A stretch of 64,000 nt of DNA from Hamiltosporidium tvaerminnensis FI-OER-3-3 (lineage: Eukaryota > Fungi > Microsporidia). A program made the translations under genes and the position numbers. Under the pieces are notes generated by a model. The model was not told where the DNA came from, searched no databases, and was given only the letters and a program-made list of their open reading frames with translations. The stretch is from assembly GCA_022605425.2 (NCBI GenBank), contig CM061247.1, positions 1,178,001 to 1,242,000 on the forward strand, read 5' to 3'. This document shows, piece after piece, positions 12,943 through 23,880 of the stretch (its first letter is position 1; each line of letters begins with the position of its first letter).

Positions 12943-15393
12943 ATGTTAAGAAGTGAAGATATGGAACATGTAACGTTGTATTTTTCTAAAGATACAGCAA
13001 AACAAGCAATTACAGAATTGGGAAACCACGAAATGGTCCATTTTATTGACCAAAATGCTTCTTTAAAGACAGAAAGACTTCCCTTTACCCGAGAAATTCG
13101 TTATTTAGAAAAATTACTTTCACGGGTTTCTTATTTGAACAACGAAACAGTAAAATTGACACCTTTGGCCAAAACAGCAGCCAGATGTCGTTCTTTAGAT
13201 TTGGGAGAAGTAGAAGCACAAATAAACAAACACTACATACGATACGCACAGCTTAGAGACCTACAAAACGATACTTTTTCAAATTTGTCTCGTTTACAAG
13301 AAGACATGGCCATTCTACAAACAGTAGAACCACTTATCGATGCCAACAACAAAGAACATTTCGTTGCCGGAATAATAAACAAAGAAAAATCTTTTTTATT
13401 AGAAAAAATTCTTTGGCATTCTCTTCGTAGAAACTTAGTAATTCACACTTTTGATTTTGAAAGTGAAGAACTTCCAAAAAAAGTAATTTTTTTAGTTTTT
13501 ACACATTTCAAAGCAAAATCCAAAACAACTCAAATCTGTACTTCTTTGTCTGCCAGAATAATAAATTTAAATGAAAAAAGATACGCATCACAAAATTTTT
13601 TAAATATGGCATCACTCATTGGACAAATAAAAGCTGTTTATCAAAATAATGTAATGACTTTAAAAAGCGAATCTTTGTGTATTTCACAGCAAATCCCACT
13701 TTGGAAATATTTTCTTAAAAAAGAAATTAAAATTTATGAAATTATGAACCAACTCACTCTCAGCCAACAAAGAGATCATTTGGTAGGAGAAGGTTGGATT
13801 TTAAAGAGAAATGTAGAAAGACTTGCAAAAATTATGACTTTTATTTCAGAAATACACGGATACACTGCTTATGAAATTAAAGGTGTAATTACAAGTCTCC
13901 AAGGAAATAAATCACCTTCTCCACTCACCAATTCAAAATTAGAAAAAAATTTAGGATTAGAAAACAAAGAAATTGAAAATTATTCAAGATTTGAAGAAAA
14001 TCCAAGATTTGAAGAAAGTGGAGATAAGCAAAGTGGAGATAAAGAAAAAATAGGAATCAAAGAAAAAATAAAAAACAAGGAAAATCCAAACCAACCAAAC
14101 AAAGAAAATCAAAACAAAGAAAACCAACAAAAAAATCGAAACCAAAAAAACAACGAAAACAATGAAAAACCAAAATTCTCTTCCCTTCCAACACACAACA
14201 TAGATATAATTACTGACCCTAACACACCTTTATCTACAGAACCAACTCAACCACCCACTTTTATAGAAACCAATGAATTTACACATGCATTTCAAACAAT
14301 AACCAATGTTTATGGAATTCCTTCTTATAAAGAAATCAATCCAGCAATTTTTAATATTTTTACTTTTCCAGTCATGTTTGGAATTATGTTCGGTGATGTT
14401 GGTCATGGACTTATCTTATTATTTATTTCTTTATTTTTTATTCGTTATAAATCTAAATTGGATAATTTTCATGAGGCTACTCAGATTTTAGTAGATGGAA
14501 GATATCTTGTACTCTGTGCTGCTCTAAGTTCTATTTTTTTTGGTTTTTTATATTCTGATTTTCTTTCTTTAAGTATTCCTTTATTTCCTAGTCAGTATAC
14601 AGTGGATTATATTTATCCGTTTGGTATTGATCCTGCCTGGCATCATAGTACAACTGGTTTGATGTTTGTAAATTCTTTAAAAATGAAAATGAGTTTAATA
14701 TTTGGATTTTGTCATATGTTGTTGGGAATGGGAATTTGTTATTGCAATTTTTATTACAGAAAAAGTTTTTTGGATATTTTTGGTGTTTGGTTGCCACAAT
14801 TTTTGTGTTTCGTAGGATTTGTTGGATATTTGGTTTTTCTTATAATTTACAAGTGGTTGGTTACTTACGATTATCCTTCTTTAATTAGTGTATTGGTAGG
14901 AATGTTTACATCTCCGTTTCATGTTGAGAATTCGATGTATCCTGGACAGGTTTATGTTCAAGGATTTATATTTATAATTTTGTGTGTCACTTTTCCTTGG
15001 ATGTTTTTTGCAAAACCACTGATTTTGACGCATCGGAAAAGCAAAGATTTGGTGGATGTTTGGATGCATCAAGCAATTTCTACGATAGAATTCGGCATTG
15101 GTTTGATTTCCAACACATCTTCGTATTTAAGATTGTGGGCGGTAAGTCTGGCACATTCCCAACTGACACAGGTATTACATACAATGACTTTAGGAGCAAA
15201 TAATTTTATTGTTAGAATATTTACGTTTCCCATTTGGTTATTGGCTACTGCTATTCTACTTATTGGATTAGAAGGATTGAGTAGTTGTTTGCATGCTTTG
15301 AGACTCAATTGGATAGAATTTAATTCTAAGTTTTATGAAGGACATGGATATGATTTTAAACCTTTAAATTTCATGGAAAATGATGAGGAATAG
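12943..15393 (+). CDS. VPH1: V-type H+-ATPase subunit a (Vph1/Stv1 family) with a low-complexity insertion
   Basis: MLRSEDM N-terminus, EGWI, PPTF..TN.FT.AFQ.I.N.YG..SYKEINPA, FPVMFGIMFGDVGHG, YPFGIDPAW, NSLKMKMS, SNTSSYLRLWAVSLAHSQL (essential Arg), LHALRLNWIEFNSKFY. The ORF-track TTG start at 12871 is unlikely. Confidence 0.97.
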   Translation: MLRSEDMEHVTLYFSKDTAKQAITELGNHEMVHFIDQNASLKTERLPFTREIRYLEKLLSRVSYLNNETVKLTPLAKTAARCRSLDLGEVEAQINKHYIRYAQLRDLQNDTFSNLSRLQEDMAILQTVEPLIDANNKEHFVAGIINKEKSFLLEKILWHSLRRNLVIHTFDFESEELPKKVIFLVFTHFKAKSKTTQICTSLSARIINLNEKRYASQNFLNMASLIGQIKAVYQNNVMTLKSESLCISQQIPLWKYFLKKEIKIYEIMNQLTLSQQRDHLVGEGWILKRNVERLAKIMTFISEIHGYTAYEIKGVITSLQGNKSPSPLTNSKLEKNLGLENKEIENYSRFEENPRFEESGDKQSGDKEKIGIKEKIKNKENPNQPNKENQNKENQQKNRNQKNNENNEKPKFSSLPTHNIDIITDPNTPLSTEPTQPPTFIETNEFTHAFQTITNVYGIPSYKEINPAIFNIFTFPVMFGIMFGDVGHGLILLFISLFFIRYKSKLDNFHEATQILVDGRYLVLCAALSSIFFGFLYSDFLSLSIPLFPSQYTVDYIYPFGIDPAWHHSTTGLMFVNSLKMKMSLIFGFCHMLLGMGICYCNFYYRKSFLDIFGVWLPQFLCFVGFVGYLVFLIIYKWLVTYDYPSLISVLVGMFTSPFHVENSMYPGQVYVQGFIFIILCVTFPWMFFAKPLILTHRKSKDLVDVWMHQAISTIEFGIGLISNTSSYLRLWAVSLAHSQLTQVLHTMTLGANNFIVRIFTFPIWLLATAILLIGLEGLSSCLHALRLNWIEFNSKFYEGHGYDFKPLNFMENDEE

Positions 15394-15406
15394 AAAAGTT
15401 TATTTA

Positions 15407-15652
15407 GAATTTGAAATTTAGTAGTGGAATTTGAATTTTATTTGTAATTTGAATTTGAAAAAAGTATTTGAATTTGTAATTGTAATGGAATCGGATTTGA
15501 AATTTAGTAGTGGAATTTTAAATATAGTGATAAATATTATATATTCCAATGAGAATAGTTTTGATTAGAAATTTAATTTCAAAAAGTAATTTGAATTTCA
15601 AAGAATATTAAATTGGTGTTTCAATGAGAATAGTTTTGATTAGAAATTTAAA
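15407..15652. repeat. Imperfect direct repeats in the V-ATPase 3' flank
   Basis: atttgaaatttagtagtggaattt x2; caatgagaatagttttgattagaaatttaa x2; gaattt units. Confidence 0.7.
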
Positions 15653-16212
15653 TGTGTTAGTTCAGGTTATGGAAAGTTTTAAAAATTGAAAATATTTTTT
15701 TTAAAAAACTTTAGAATGAGAAAAAGTGATTTTAATTTAAGAAGTTTGAGAATATAAATCTATATTTTGAAAAAGAAGATTTTATCGTGAATATGAAATA
15801 ATTTAAAAGTTTTATATAAAAGAAATATTTTTTATAAAAAAAGTATTTTTAAATAAGGAAGTATTTATAAGAAAAATAAATTTTATATTAAAATATAAAA
15901 ATGAGATATAATTAAAGAAATATTTTTATAATTTTTTTTATGTTTTTTTTAAGTAAGAAATTTAAAGAGAAACTAAAAAAATGTGTTTTATTTAGAAAAA
16001 TTAAAAATATTAAAATATTTTTAAATTCTCAATGAATTTAGTTTTATTCGATTTAAATAAAATGAATTTTTTTATAATTTCTTTAATTATTTAAAATGAC
16101 TCTGTTTTGTTATTCTATACTTAGATTTCACTTTGTTTTTTTATATGAAAAATAATATACATCATTCAAATGAATTTCTATAAAATGTATTTTTTTGTAA
16201 ATAAAATTGTTA

Positions 16213-19200
16213 ATGGGTAGAAGAAAAAAAGTTGACAGCGAAAATATAAAAAATGATGAAATAAATGCTGTAAACAACTCGGAAATTAGTTTTAAAGAGA
16301 TAAAAACGTGTGATAGAGATGTAGTAACTATATCCGAGACGCTTCCACCACAATCGACCATTCATAATAACACCCACTCCCCATCGAGCACTACGTTATA
16401 TGCTACTCCAGTCAGCCTGCTCGATTCCGCACCCCCTTCTTCCTGTCCCGATTCTTCTGCGTGTGAACCAGCCAACACAATGGAAAACCTCAATGCACCT
16501 GCCATTCCAGAAGGAAATCGACTGATGGTATTGCATTCAATACTTGACTCTGTCACAGCCGTAGAGCAGGAATGGCCTAGATCTGCTATTTCAGCAGTGC
16601 AAAAAAAGTTTGAGAGAATGCCTAGAAATGGCTGGTCTGCAATTCTTAGGTACTATAATGGGAAATTTGGTCGAACTGTTGATATCGATGTGTTAAAAAA
16701 ATTAATACATAATGAGGCAGAAAGAGAAATAAGGCAAGAAGAGAATGGAGAGCGACGTAGAATCGCTACTTGTCTCGCCGAGCCATGTTCTTTAACTGAC
16801 ACTACACTCTATATGAACCTGAGAGAAAAGTTCTTGTGCAAAATCAAGGAACTCTCGGAGAAGGAAATCGGAGATGTAGTGGTCCGAACTAGAAAACTTC
16901 CAAGTGAATTGGTTGATAGTAAAGTTTTGGAACTCATAAATTGGATCACAGGTGAATATGCTGAATCTCATGTGCCTAAGAATGTTAGTGATGCAGCTCG
17001 AATCATCCAGGCGGCCCAGGTATGTTATGACGAGGAAACACGTAAGGAGAAACCTAGATCCGCTTGGAAGGAAAACATAGAATGTAAAATTTCTAAGTTA
17101 GTACTTTCCAAAGATCTCCTCGAGAAGGCTCGCAAGCAGGAAAAGCTCTCTACTTCGGAAACGAAAAGTCTCAGAAAAATTATGCGAGAGTTTAATTTAG
17201 ACTTTAGCAAAATAAATGATCTCTCTGAGGCTTTGGTTAAGAAGAATAAGGCCTTGAATGTGTACGAGAAAAAAATTACGATGTATGAAAGTAGGAGAAA
17301 ATTTCGAAAAGAGAATCGTATGTTTGAGTTATTCCGAGGTCGATTCTATCGAGGGTTATCTGAGCGCGTTGAATCCGAGCATGTGGTTTATCGTGACGAA
17401 ATTTCAGAATTTTGGTCTACTTTGTGGAATAAAAATGATAAAGTAGTTACATATGATGAGTATTTGATACCTTTCGTGTCAGATACGCACCAGACCACGT
17501 TTCCTTTACTTGAAGAGTTTATAGATATCATCAATTGGCTGCCTAACCGGAAAGCCGCTGGAATTGATGGTATTTATAACTTTTACATTAGAAACTTACG
17601 AGCCTTCATAAATATCTTTACGATATTGTGAAAGCCATATGTTTAGAAGGAACGCCTCAAGCCGATTGGTATTATTGTGGACTTACTTATCTGATACCTA
17701 AAGGTACACCAAAGACTGGCTCTGATTACAGGCCAATAACCTGTATGTCAAATCTGTATAAACTACTACAAAATGTGTTACTAAAGTGGTACAGATTGAA
17801 GTGGAAATAAGAGGATTACTTTCAGAAAATCAGTTGGGAGCAGTAAGAGGAGTGCAAGGAGCGAAAGAACAGGCCCTATTGAATATTGCGATTAATAAAG
17901 AGTACGGAAACAATCTTAAGGCACTATGGATTGATGTCAAAAAAGCTTATGATTCAATAGATCATGCTTATTTGACTCAATGCATTGAAGACCTTAATTT
18001 ACCTGATTAGATCCTGAAATTTATTAAGGTAATTATATCAAAATGGAAAATTGATATATCAGTAGGGCCTGAAAAAAATTATGAACAAAGATATTAATAA
18101 GGGGATTCTACAGGGAGATAGTTTGTCACCATTATTGTTTGTGTTGTGTATGGATCCATTGAGCCGAAAGCTTAATGAGAAATACTCAAAGGGAACAATA
18201 AAGACAGATGCAGAATCCCACGCGACTAATCATCTCTTGTTTATTGATGATCTTAAGCTCCTTGCCGAAGTTGGGCAAAAATTGCAAGAAATGACGGAGG
18301 AGGTTAAAAAGTTTATAAATAATATAGGATTGGAAATTAACAAAAAGAAGTCAGACACTAATGATCCATGTTGTGAAGATACTGCTTCTCTTCCTGAAGG
18401 AATAGGTGTTTATAAATACCTTGGAATTATAGAAGATAGCAGAGGAATTCCAACAAGTAAGTCGTTTGAGGAAGTACAGAACAAACTTATAGCACGAGTA
18501 GAAAGACTTTGTCTCACGAGATTAAATGCAAGAAATTTATTTCAAGCCATTAATCAACATGCAATTTCTTTGCTAAACTATCATATAGGTGTACACCGAC
18601 TAGAACCGGCTGACTTCTCTAAGTTAGATGATGCGGTGCGTGGAGTGTTAGTAAAGAACAAAATACATCTACGCCCAGGATGCAAAGAACGTCTATACCT
18701 TCCACGTAAAGAACTTGAGAGGTTTCATAGTGTCGTTCAAAGCGAACTATGTTTTGCAACTCTTGGATTGTCTGGAAAACATAAAGATACATCGACCGAA
18801 GAGCAGCAATCCTAAAGGTTGAGAATAATAATAAAACCCACCTTTCACTAATTAAAAACTTTTTAAAAATAAAATACGGGTTGGAAGAGGAAGTCACAAA
18901 AAAGAAATTGAAGAAGCTCAACTAGCTAACCTATATAACGAAATCAAAAATCGAAAACTACATTCAAGTTATAGAGCGCTAGAAATAACGAGCTGGTGTG
19001 TAAATGACTCCTCAAGATGGTTAAAGAAAGGAAGTGTAAGACCACTGATGAAGCAGTGTTCTGTTATATCCAGGATAGAAATGTATTCTGGGGTGCGAAG
19101 GTATTGTCAACACTGCAACCAGTCTAGGAAAACTGTTGATCACTTAGCAACGAGATGTGAAAAATGCTTGGTCATGACTATACTAGACGACATAATGAGT

Positions 19201-19924
19201 GGTACGATGTATACATTTACTCTTGCTGAATAAATATAAGTTTAAGTCTTCGAAACGAATTGAAGCCACTCGTTCAAGAAATTCTTGATAACGAATATGC
19301 GAGATAAGAGTGGACACCAGAATAAAAACTGATGTCAAAATCCGGTGTAACAGACCGATATATTTATTTTAGACAAGAGACAGAATAGGATAACCCTCAT
19401 TGAAGTAGGATCCATCCCAAGACTCTCTTCAAATAGTTGAAACGAAGCTTAGGAAGTATGACCTATTAGCAAATGAGTTAGGTCTTATTTATAAATGCAA
19501 TGTAGAGATAATTCCTTATGTGATGACCTGGGACGGTATTGTGACAAAATACTATAAGACGTATGTTAAGAGACTGCAAATACCCATGAATGTAGAGGCA
19601 TATATACAATCCATAGTACTCAAGAAGACAGTCGAAACATTTCTTTTGATCGACGAAGAGGACTTGAGTCTGGACCAAATGCCGGAGAGCTGGAGAGCAT
19701 CATTAAGTGTTATCTTAGGAGCTGAGATGCATAAACAACCAATACCCCCTTTAAAGCAAGCAGACAACGAGGAAGATGATGTTAAAACGGAAAATACAAA
19801 AAATATTTTACCCCTTATTTTGGATGGCATAACCACAGCAAAGGAACCAACAACTAATACAAATGAAGAGTTGGAGTTAGAGAAAGAGATAGAAGTGGTT
19901 GAAATGGTGGAAAGAATTATTTAA
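16213..19924 (+). mobile_element. Non-LTR retrotransposon, R4/Dong-like clade (single ORF, RT + CCHC + restriction-like endonuclease), frameshifted
   Basis: Consecutive ORF fragments carry KAAGIDGI, YRPITCMSNLYK, GAKEQALLN, WIDVKKAYDSIDH, GILQGDSLSPLLF, HLLFIDDLKL, YKYLGI, RLYLPRKE, CQHC...TVDHLATRC, RH, NRPD, IEV and KYDLL. There is an in-frame TAG at 18008-18010 and several frameshifts. Confidence 0.92.
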
Positions 19925-19983
19925 AAAGAAAAATTTGTTAACCCAGAATTTTATTCAATAATAGTACTTTGTAAAAATAATTC

Positions 19984-20712
19984 ACTTTATTTAAAAGTAT
20001 CACATCTTTTTAAAATAGTGGCAAGTGTTATATTTGTTTTTATGACATTAACGCAGTTCTAGGTTTAACATAAATGACTGCTACCCCAACACTCCATCGG
20101 TAACCCCTGCGATACCTACGTCCCAAAGCCTTTCATCTATCAGGTGTGTAGAACCTAATTAATAGGCGAGGCAGTTGCCCGGAGTTCGTTAATGTCCGTT
20201 GCATGGAGTGTGATCGAAGGCCGAAGCCCCCCCTGGGCTCCCCCAAGACTATGCAGCATTCCCACTTACTCTACACTTTTCGAACCCAATAAACTTCTAG
20301 CTAAGATATATTTCAGAGATTTACATGGGTTCCACCTAGACAGTGCAATGTCATACCAACAGGTATAACCTGCTACTTAGCTCTCCCGGCTTTTAATGGG
20401 TTTTATTTTTATATCTCCCAGGCGCTAAGTCTTCTAACCCGAGTGAGCAAGGCTAGGTTTCCATGCTTTTACATGGCAATTACTTACATGTTCAGCTGCG
20501 GTCTGCAATCTGGTTACATAAAAAACTACAAATAAATTTGTAGAAAAAGTTTCTCCGTTTCTTAGACCTCTCCTCCTCATAACAACTCCCATGGAACAAC
20601 CGAAGATGTAGTGTGGTTTTATTCCCACCAAAAATCCAAACAATGATCTCACACCATTTTCACACAATCATTGCCAAGCAGAAAGTTTTTTATGTGGTTA
20701 TCCTCCCTCCAC
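19984..20712 (-). mobile_element. Dispersed ~720-bp non-coding element family A, copy 2
   Basis: The reverse complement is highly similar (roughly 85-90% by eye) to 22454-23182 over its whole length. It is GC-richer than its flanks. Confidence 0.9.
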
Positions 20713-21534
20713 AATAATTAAAATAAATAAATAATTAAAATAAATAATTGTCTGTTTGATAATCTTATTTTTGACTTGAAAAAATAAAAGTTATTTTTTA
20801 ATATTTCATTATTTCAGTTACATGCTGTTCAAACACAATAAATAAAATTATTTATATTTGATCTCCTCTTCTCATCTATTCTTATCAATAGATGTCTTTT
20901 TCATTTTATACTTTTAAATAAAGAAATTAATAAAAATTTTGTTCGAAATATTGAGAAAAGAAAATATAATTTATTTAAAATATTAAATTATTTTTTATTC
21001 TTGGTTTTTATTTCCTTTATTTCATATATTAATCTGTTGAATTTTAAAACCTTTTTTTGTTAATTTTTTTTCCATATTTTAAACCAATGCTTTGATTTAA
21101 GTCATTATTACACTTTTAATTTCTAAATATGAGATTATTTCTAAATAATTTCTTTATCGTCAATGTATATGAAATAAAGATATTAGTTTGTATATTTAAC
21201 CTTCATCCGGTACATCCTTGAATATTATTTCTCGACACCCCTCGGTATTTGATATTTACGTTTTTTTCCTTCCTAAATCCAAAGAAATTATTTTAACTGT
21301 CTTTTTTTGTACCTCGAAATAGATGAAAACCTAAATTCTTACAGAAATAAGAAGCTTATTAAGATATATTTTAAAACATTTTGTTATAAAAACACTCCAA
21401 ATTAAAATACATAGAATTATCTTTAAATCAAACTTATAAATAAGACACAATTCAATAACGATAAGTCCTTTATAAATTTCTTCATTTCAACAACTTGAAA
21501 AAAGTCTTGTGGCATAATTTAGATCTCAGATAAT

Positions 21535-21622
21535 ATACAGGATTAATATCTCAACTAATATACAAGATTAATATCTCAACTAATTTACAAGATTAATATC
21601 TCAACCAATACACGATATTAAT
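21535..21622. repeat. 25-bp tandem repeat x~3.5 (tacaagattaatatctcaactaata)
   Basis: Read directly; units are head-to-tail with no spacers. Confidence 0.85.
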
Positions 21623-21933
21623 TTCTTATTAAAAAAAGATATTTAAAGTTATTTATTTTGAATTTGAAATCAGTTTTTATTTTGGTGACCATTCGTATTT
21701 CAATATACTCATCTTAATGAGTTCTTGAACATTGTGACTCCCAATATTTTTTAGAAACCTAAGCTTATATATTAAAAGAATATAGATGCAGCCATCTAAC
21801 CATCTTATTATCACATCTAGAATAGTTATATCCAAAGGTTTTCATTCACAGATAAACAATAAAATTTTCACAAGAATTATAATAAAAATGTAAAATACTT
21901 ACCCCTACATTTATATCACCAGACAAAAGAAGA

Positions 21934-22167
21934 ATGACCAATCCATCTTATATCACAATAATATGTAAAAATCAAACTATTAAACAGAGGATAACTCTTC
22001 TTTCTAATAGTAGTATAGAAGATCTTAAGAATATTCTTTCTAAGAAGATACATTCGCATACATCTGCAATTATATTGCAAAGAGGAAAAGAACAGTTACG
22101 GAATGATTTACAACTTGATATACTTGGTATTGTAGATGGTGCGTGTCTTGAAATATATTTTAGATAA
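21934..22167 (+). CDS. HUB1: Hub1/UBL5-like ubiquitin-fold protein (no C-terminal Gly-Gly)
   Basis: 77 aa with a beta-grasp pattern (ITIICKN...RITL...SIEDLKNILSKKI......IILQR....LRND..L..LGIVDGACLEIYFR). The C-terminus parallels UBL5 DGMNLELYYQ. CCCC lies at 21902-21905 upstream. Confidence 0.72.
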   Translation: MTNPSYITIICKNQTIKQRITLLSNSSIEDLKNILSKKIHSHTSAIILQRGKEQLRNDLQLDILGIVDGACLEIYFR

Positions 22168-22453
22168 TTTAAATAGGATTTGTAATATTTAAATGTATCA
22201 TAGGAGATTAACTATAAATTAAAAGAGTAATCATTTTTATGATATTGATAGAATTAGTTTAAAGAGGGATAAAGGATTGATTTAAACAAGAAATGACATG
22301 ATTCAACAATAATGCAATATATTTTGAATTAATATTAATAGGAGGGATTCTTTAATTTAATAATTAAGGAACAAGATTTTAGAATAAACTACGATTTATT
22401 TTGCGGTGTTCTTTTTAATTTAGTTCATTTCTTTATTATACACTCTTAGTCAA

Positions 22454-23182
22454 GGTACAGGGAGGATAACCACATAAAAAACTTTCTGCTTGGCAATGAG
22501 TGTGTGAAACTGGTGTGAGGTCATTGTTTGGATTTTTGGTGGGAATACAACCACACTATATCTTCGGTTGTGTTATGGGAGGTTGTATGAGTAATAGAGG
22601 TCTACGAAATGGCGAAACTTTTTCTACAAATTTATTTGTAGTTTTTTATGTAACCAGATTGCAGACCGCAGCTGAACAATTAGGTAATTGCCATGTAAAA
22701 GCATGGAAACCTAGCTCTTGCTCACTCGGGTTAGAAGACTTAGCGCCTGGGAGATATAAAAATAAAAACCATCAAAAGCCGGGAGATCTAAGTAGCAGGT
22801 TATACCTGTTGGTATGAAATTGCAATGTCTAGGTGGACCCCATATAAGTCTCTGAAATATATTTTAGCTAGAAGTTTATTGGTTCAGAAAGTGTAGAGTA
22901 AGTGGGAATGCTGCATAGTCTTGGGGGAAACCAAGGTGGCTTCGGCCTTCGATCATACACCATGCAACGGACATTAACGAACACCGGGCAACTGCCTCGC
23001 CTATTAATTAGGTTCTAAACACCACGTAGATGAAAGGCCTTGGTATATAGGTATCGCAGGGGGTATTAATGGAGTATTGGGGTAGCAGTTATTTATGTTA
23101 AACCTAGAACTGTGTTAATGTCATGAAAACAAATAAAACACTTGCCACTGTTTTAAAAATATGGGATAGTTTTCAATAAAGT
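22454..23182 (+). mobile_element. Dispersed ~720-bp non-coding element family A, copy 3 (reference orientation)
   Basis: Starts gg...gggaggataaccacat and ends aataaagt. It matches three other copies in the window and has many hairpins with UUCG/GNRA-type loops. Confidence 0.9.
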
Positions 23183-23199
23183 CTTATTGATGTTGTATC

Positions 23200-23880
23200 T
23201 GTTACGGGCAATTTAAATAATTGGGCAAATTTGAAGAATTTTTTTATAACATACAAAAATAAGAGAAAATATTACTGAAGTAAAAAAGTAAGAAAAAAAA
23301 ATACTTATAATGAAAAAAACATATACATTTATAAAATAGTTTAAATCGAAGCGATGTTATTAATTAGAGCAGTTTTTTTTCGTGGCGTTTCGAGTTACAA
23401 TGATTTTTTTTTCTTTATGGCACTTACATTTGGCAGATGTGCATCTAGTTTTGCAGTCACATCGATTATAACCTTGACACCCGGCCTTTAATGACAGTCT
23501 TGCCCATTCTTTTAAGGAAATCTCGACTTCTGGAATTTTTTCAATACAAAAAAAATTGAATGCCGTATTAAAAATCGACCCAATACTTAAGCTTGATTCA
23601 AGATTCCATGCCTGGGGCTTAAATTAAAAAGATTGGCATCTGTTATTTTCGGAACAAATGTTATAATGTTTCTTGTATTAGTGTAGCCTCTGTTGATATC
23701 TGGGACTCAAAATCTCAGCATGTCACATTTTTATGGTCAGCCTAAAACAAATTGGAAGTGTTAAGTATTTTTGCAGCTTGTTTTTAAGATTTTTTTGCTG
23801 AAATCTCCCTAATTTTTAATATTATGTCTGATTTTCTTTTTTTTAAATAAAATAAAAAATTTATCAAATTGCCCGTGACA
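23200..23880 (-). mobile_element. Non-autonomous Ginger2/TDD-like DNA transposon (internal deletion derivative)
   Basis: TIRs tgttacgggcaattt / aaattgcccgtgaca give TGT...ACA ends, flanked by a TATC duplication (23196-23199, 23881-23884). The minus strand encodes decayed VPDINRG...RNII, HGIL, EKIPEVEISLKE..RLS..GCQGYNRCDCKTRCTSAKCKC...CNSK, the Cys-rich C-terminus of Ginger2/KRBA2-like integrases. Confidence 0.85.

Noticed and set aside
13984-15308. Short ORFs overlapping the V-ATPase gene (and similar ones inside the PDH, cyclin, RT and mariner regions)
   Set aside because: Shadow or alternate-frame ORFs of real coding sequence with no motifs.
20128-20145. Hammerhead-like CUGAUAGAUGAAA on the minus strand of family A copy 2
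   Set aside because: It lacks the CUGANGA-stem II-GAAA geometry and is not conserved in the other copies (ccacgtagatgaaa, cctggtagatgaaa).
21535-21622. CRISPR-like array
   Set aside because: The units are contiguous with no unique spacers, there are no cas genes, and the context is eukaryotic.
20434-22817. Near-identical small ORFs MCE(N/T)GVRSLFGF... at 20434-20667 (-) and 22500-22817 (+)
   Set aside because: They start at TTG/GTG, differ in length through a frameshift, and are not open in copies 1 and 4. They are a by-product of the DNA repeat.
22660-22950. Group I intron interpretation of family A (CCGCAGC, GACUUA, AUAGUC followed by a GNRA-type hairpin)
   Set aside because: The resemblance is suggestive, but I could not build consistent P3/P4/P7 pairings across copies. 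It needs an Infernal search and is not called.
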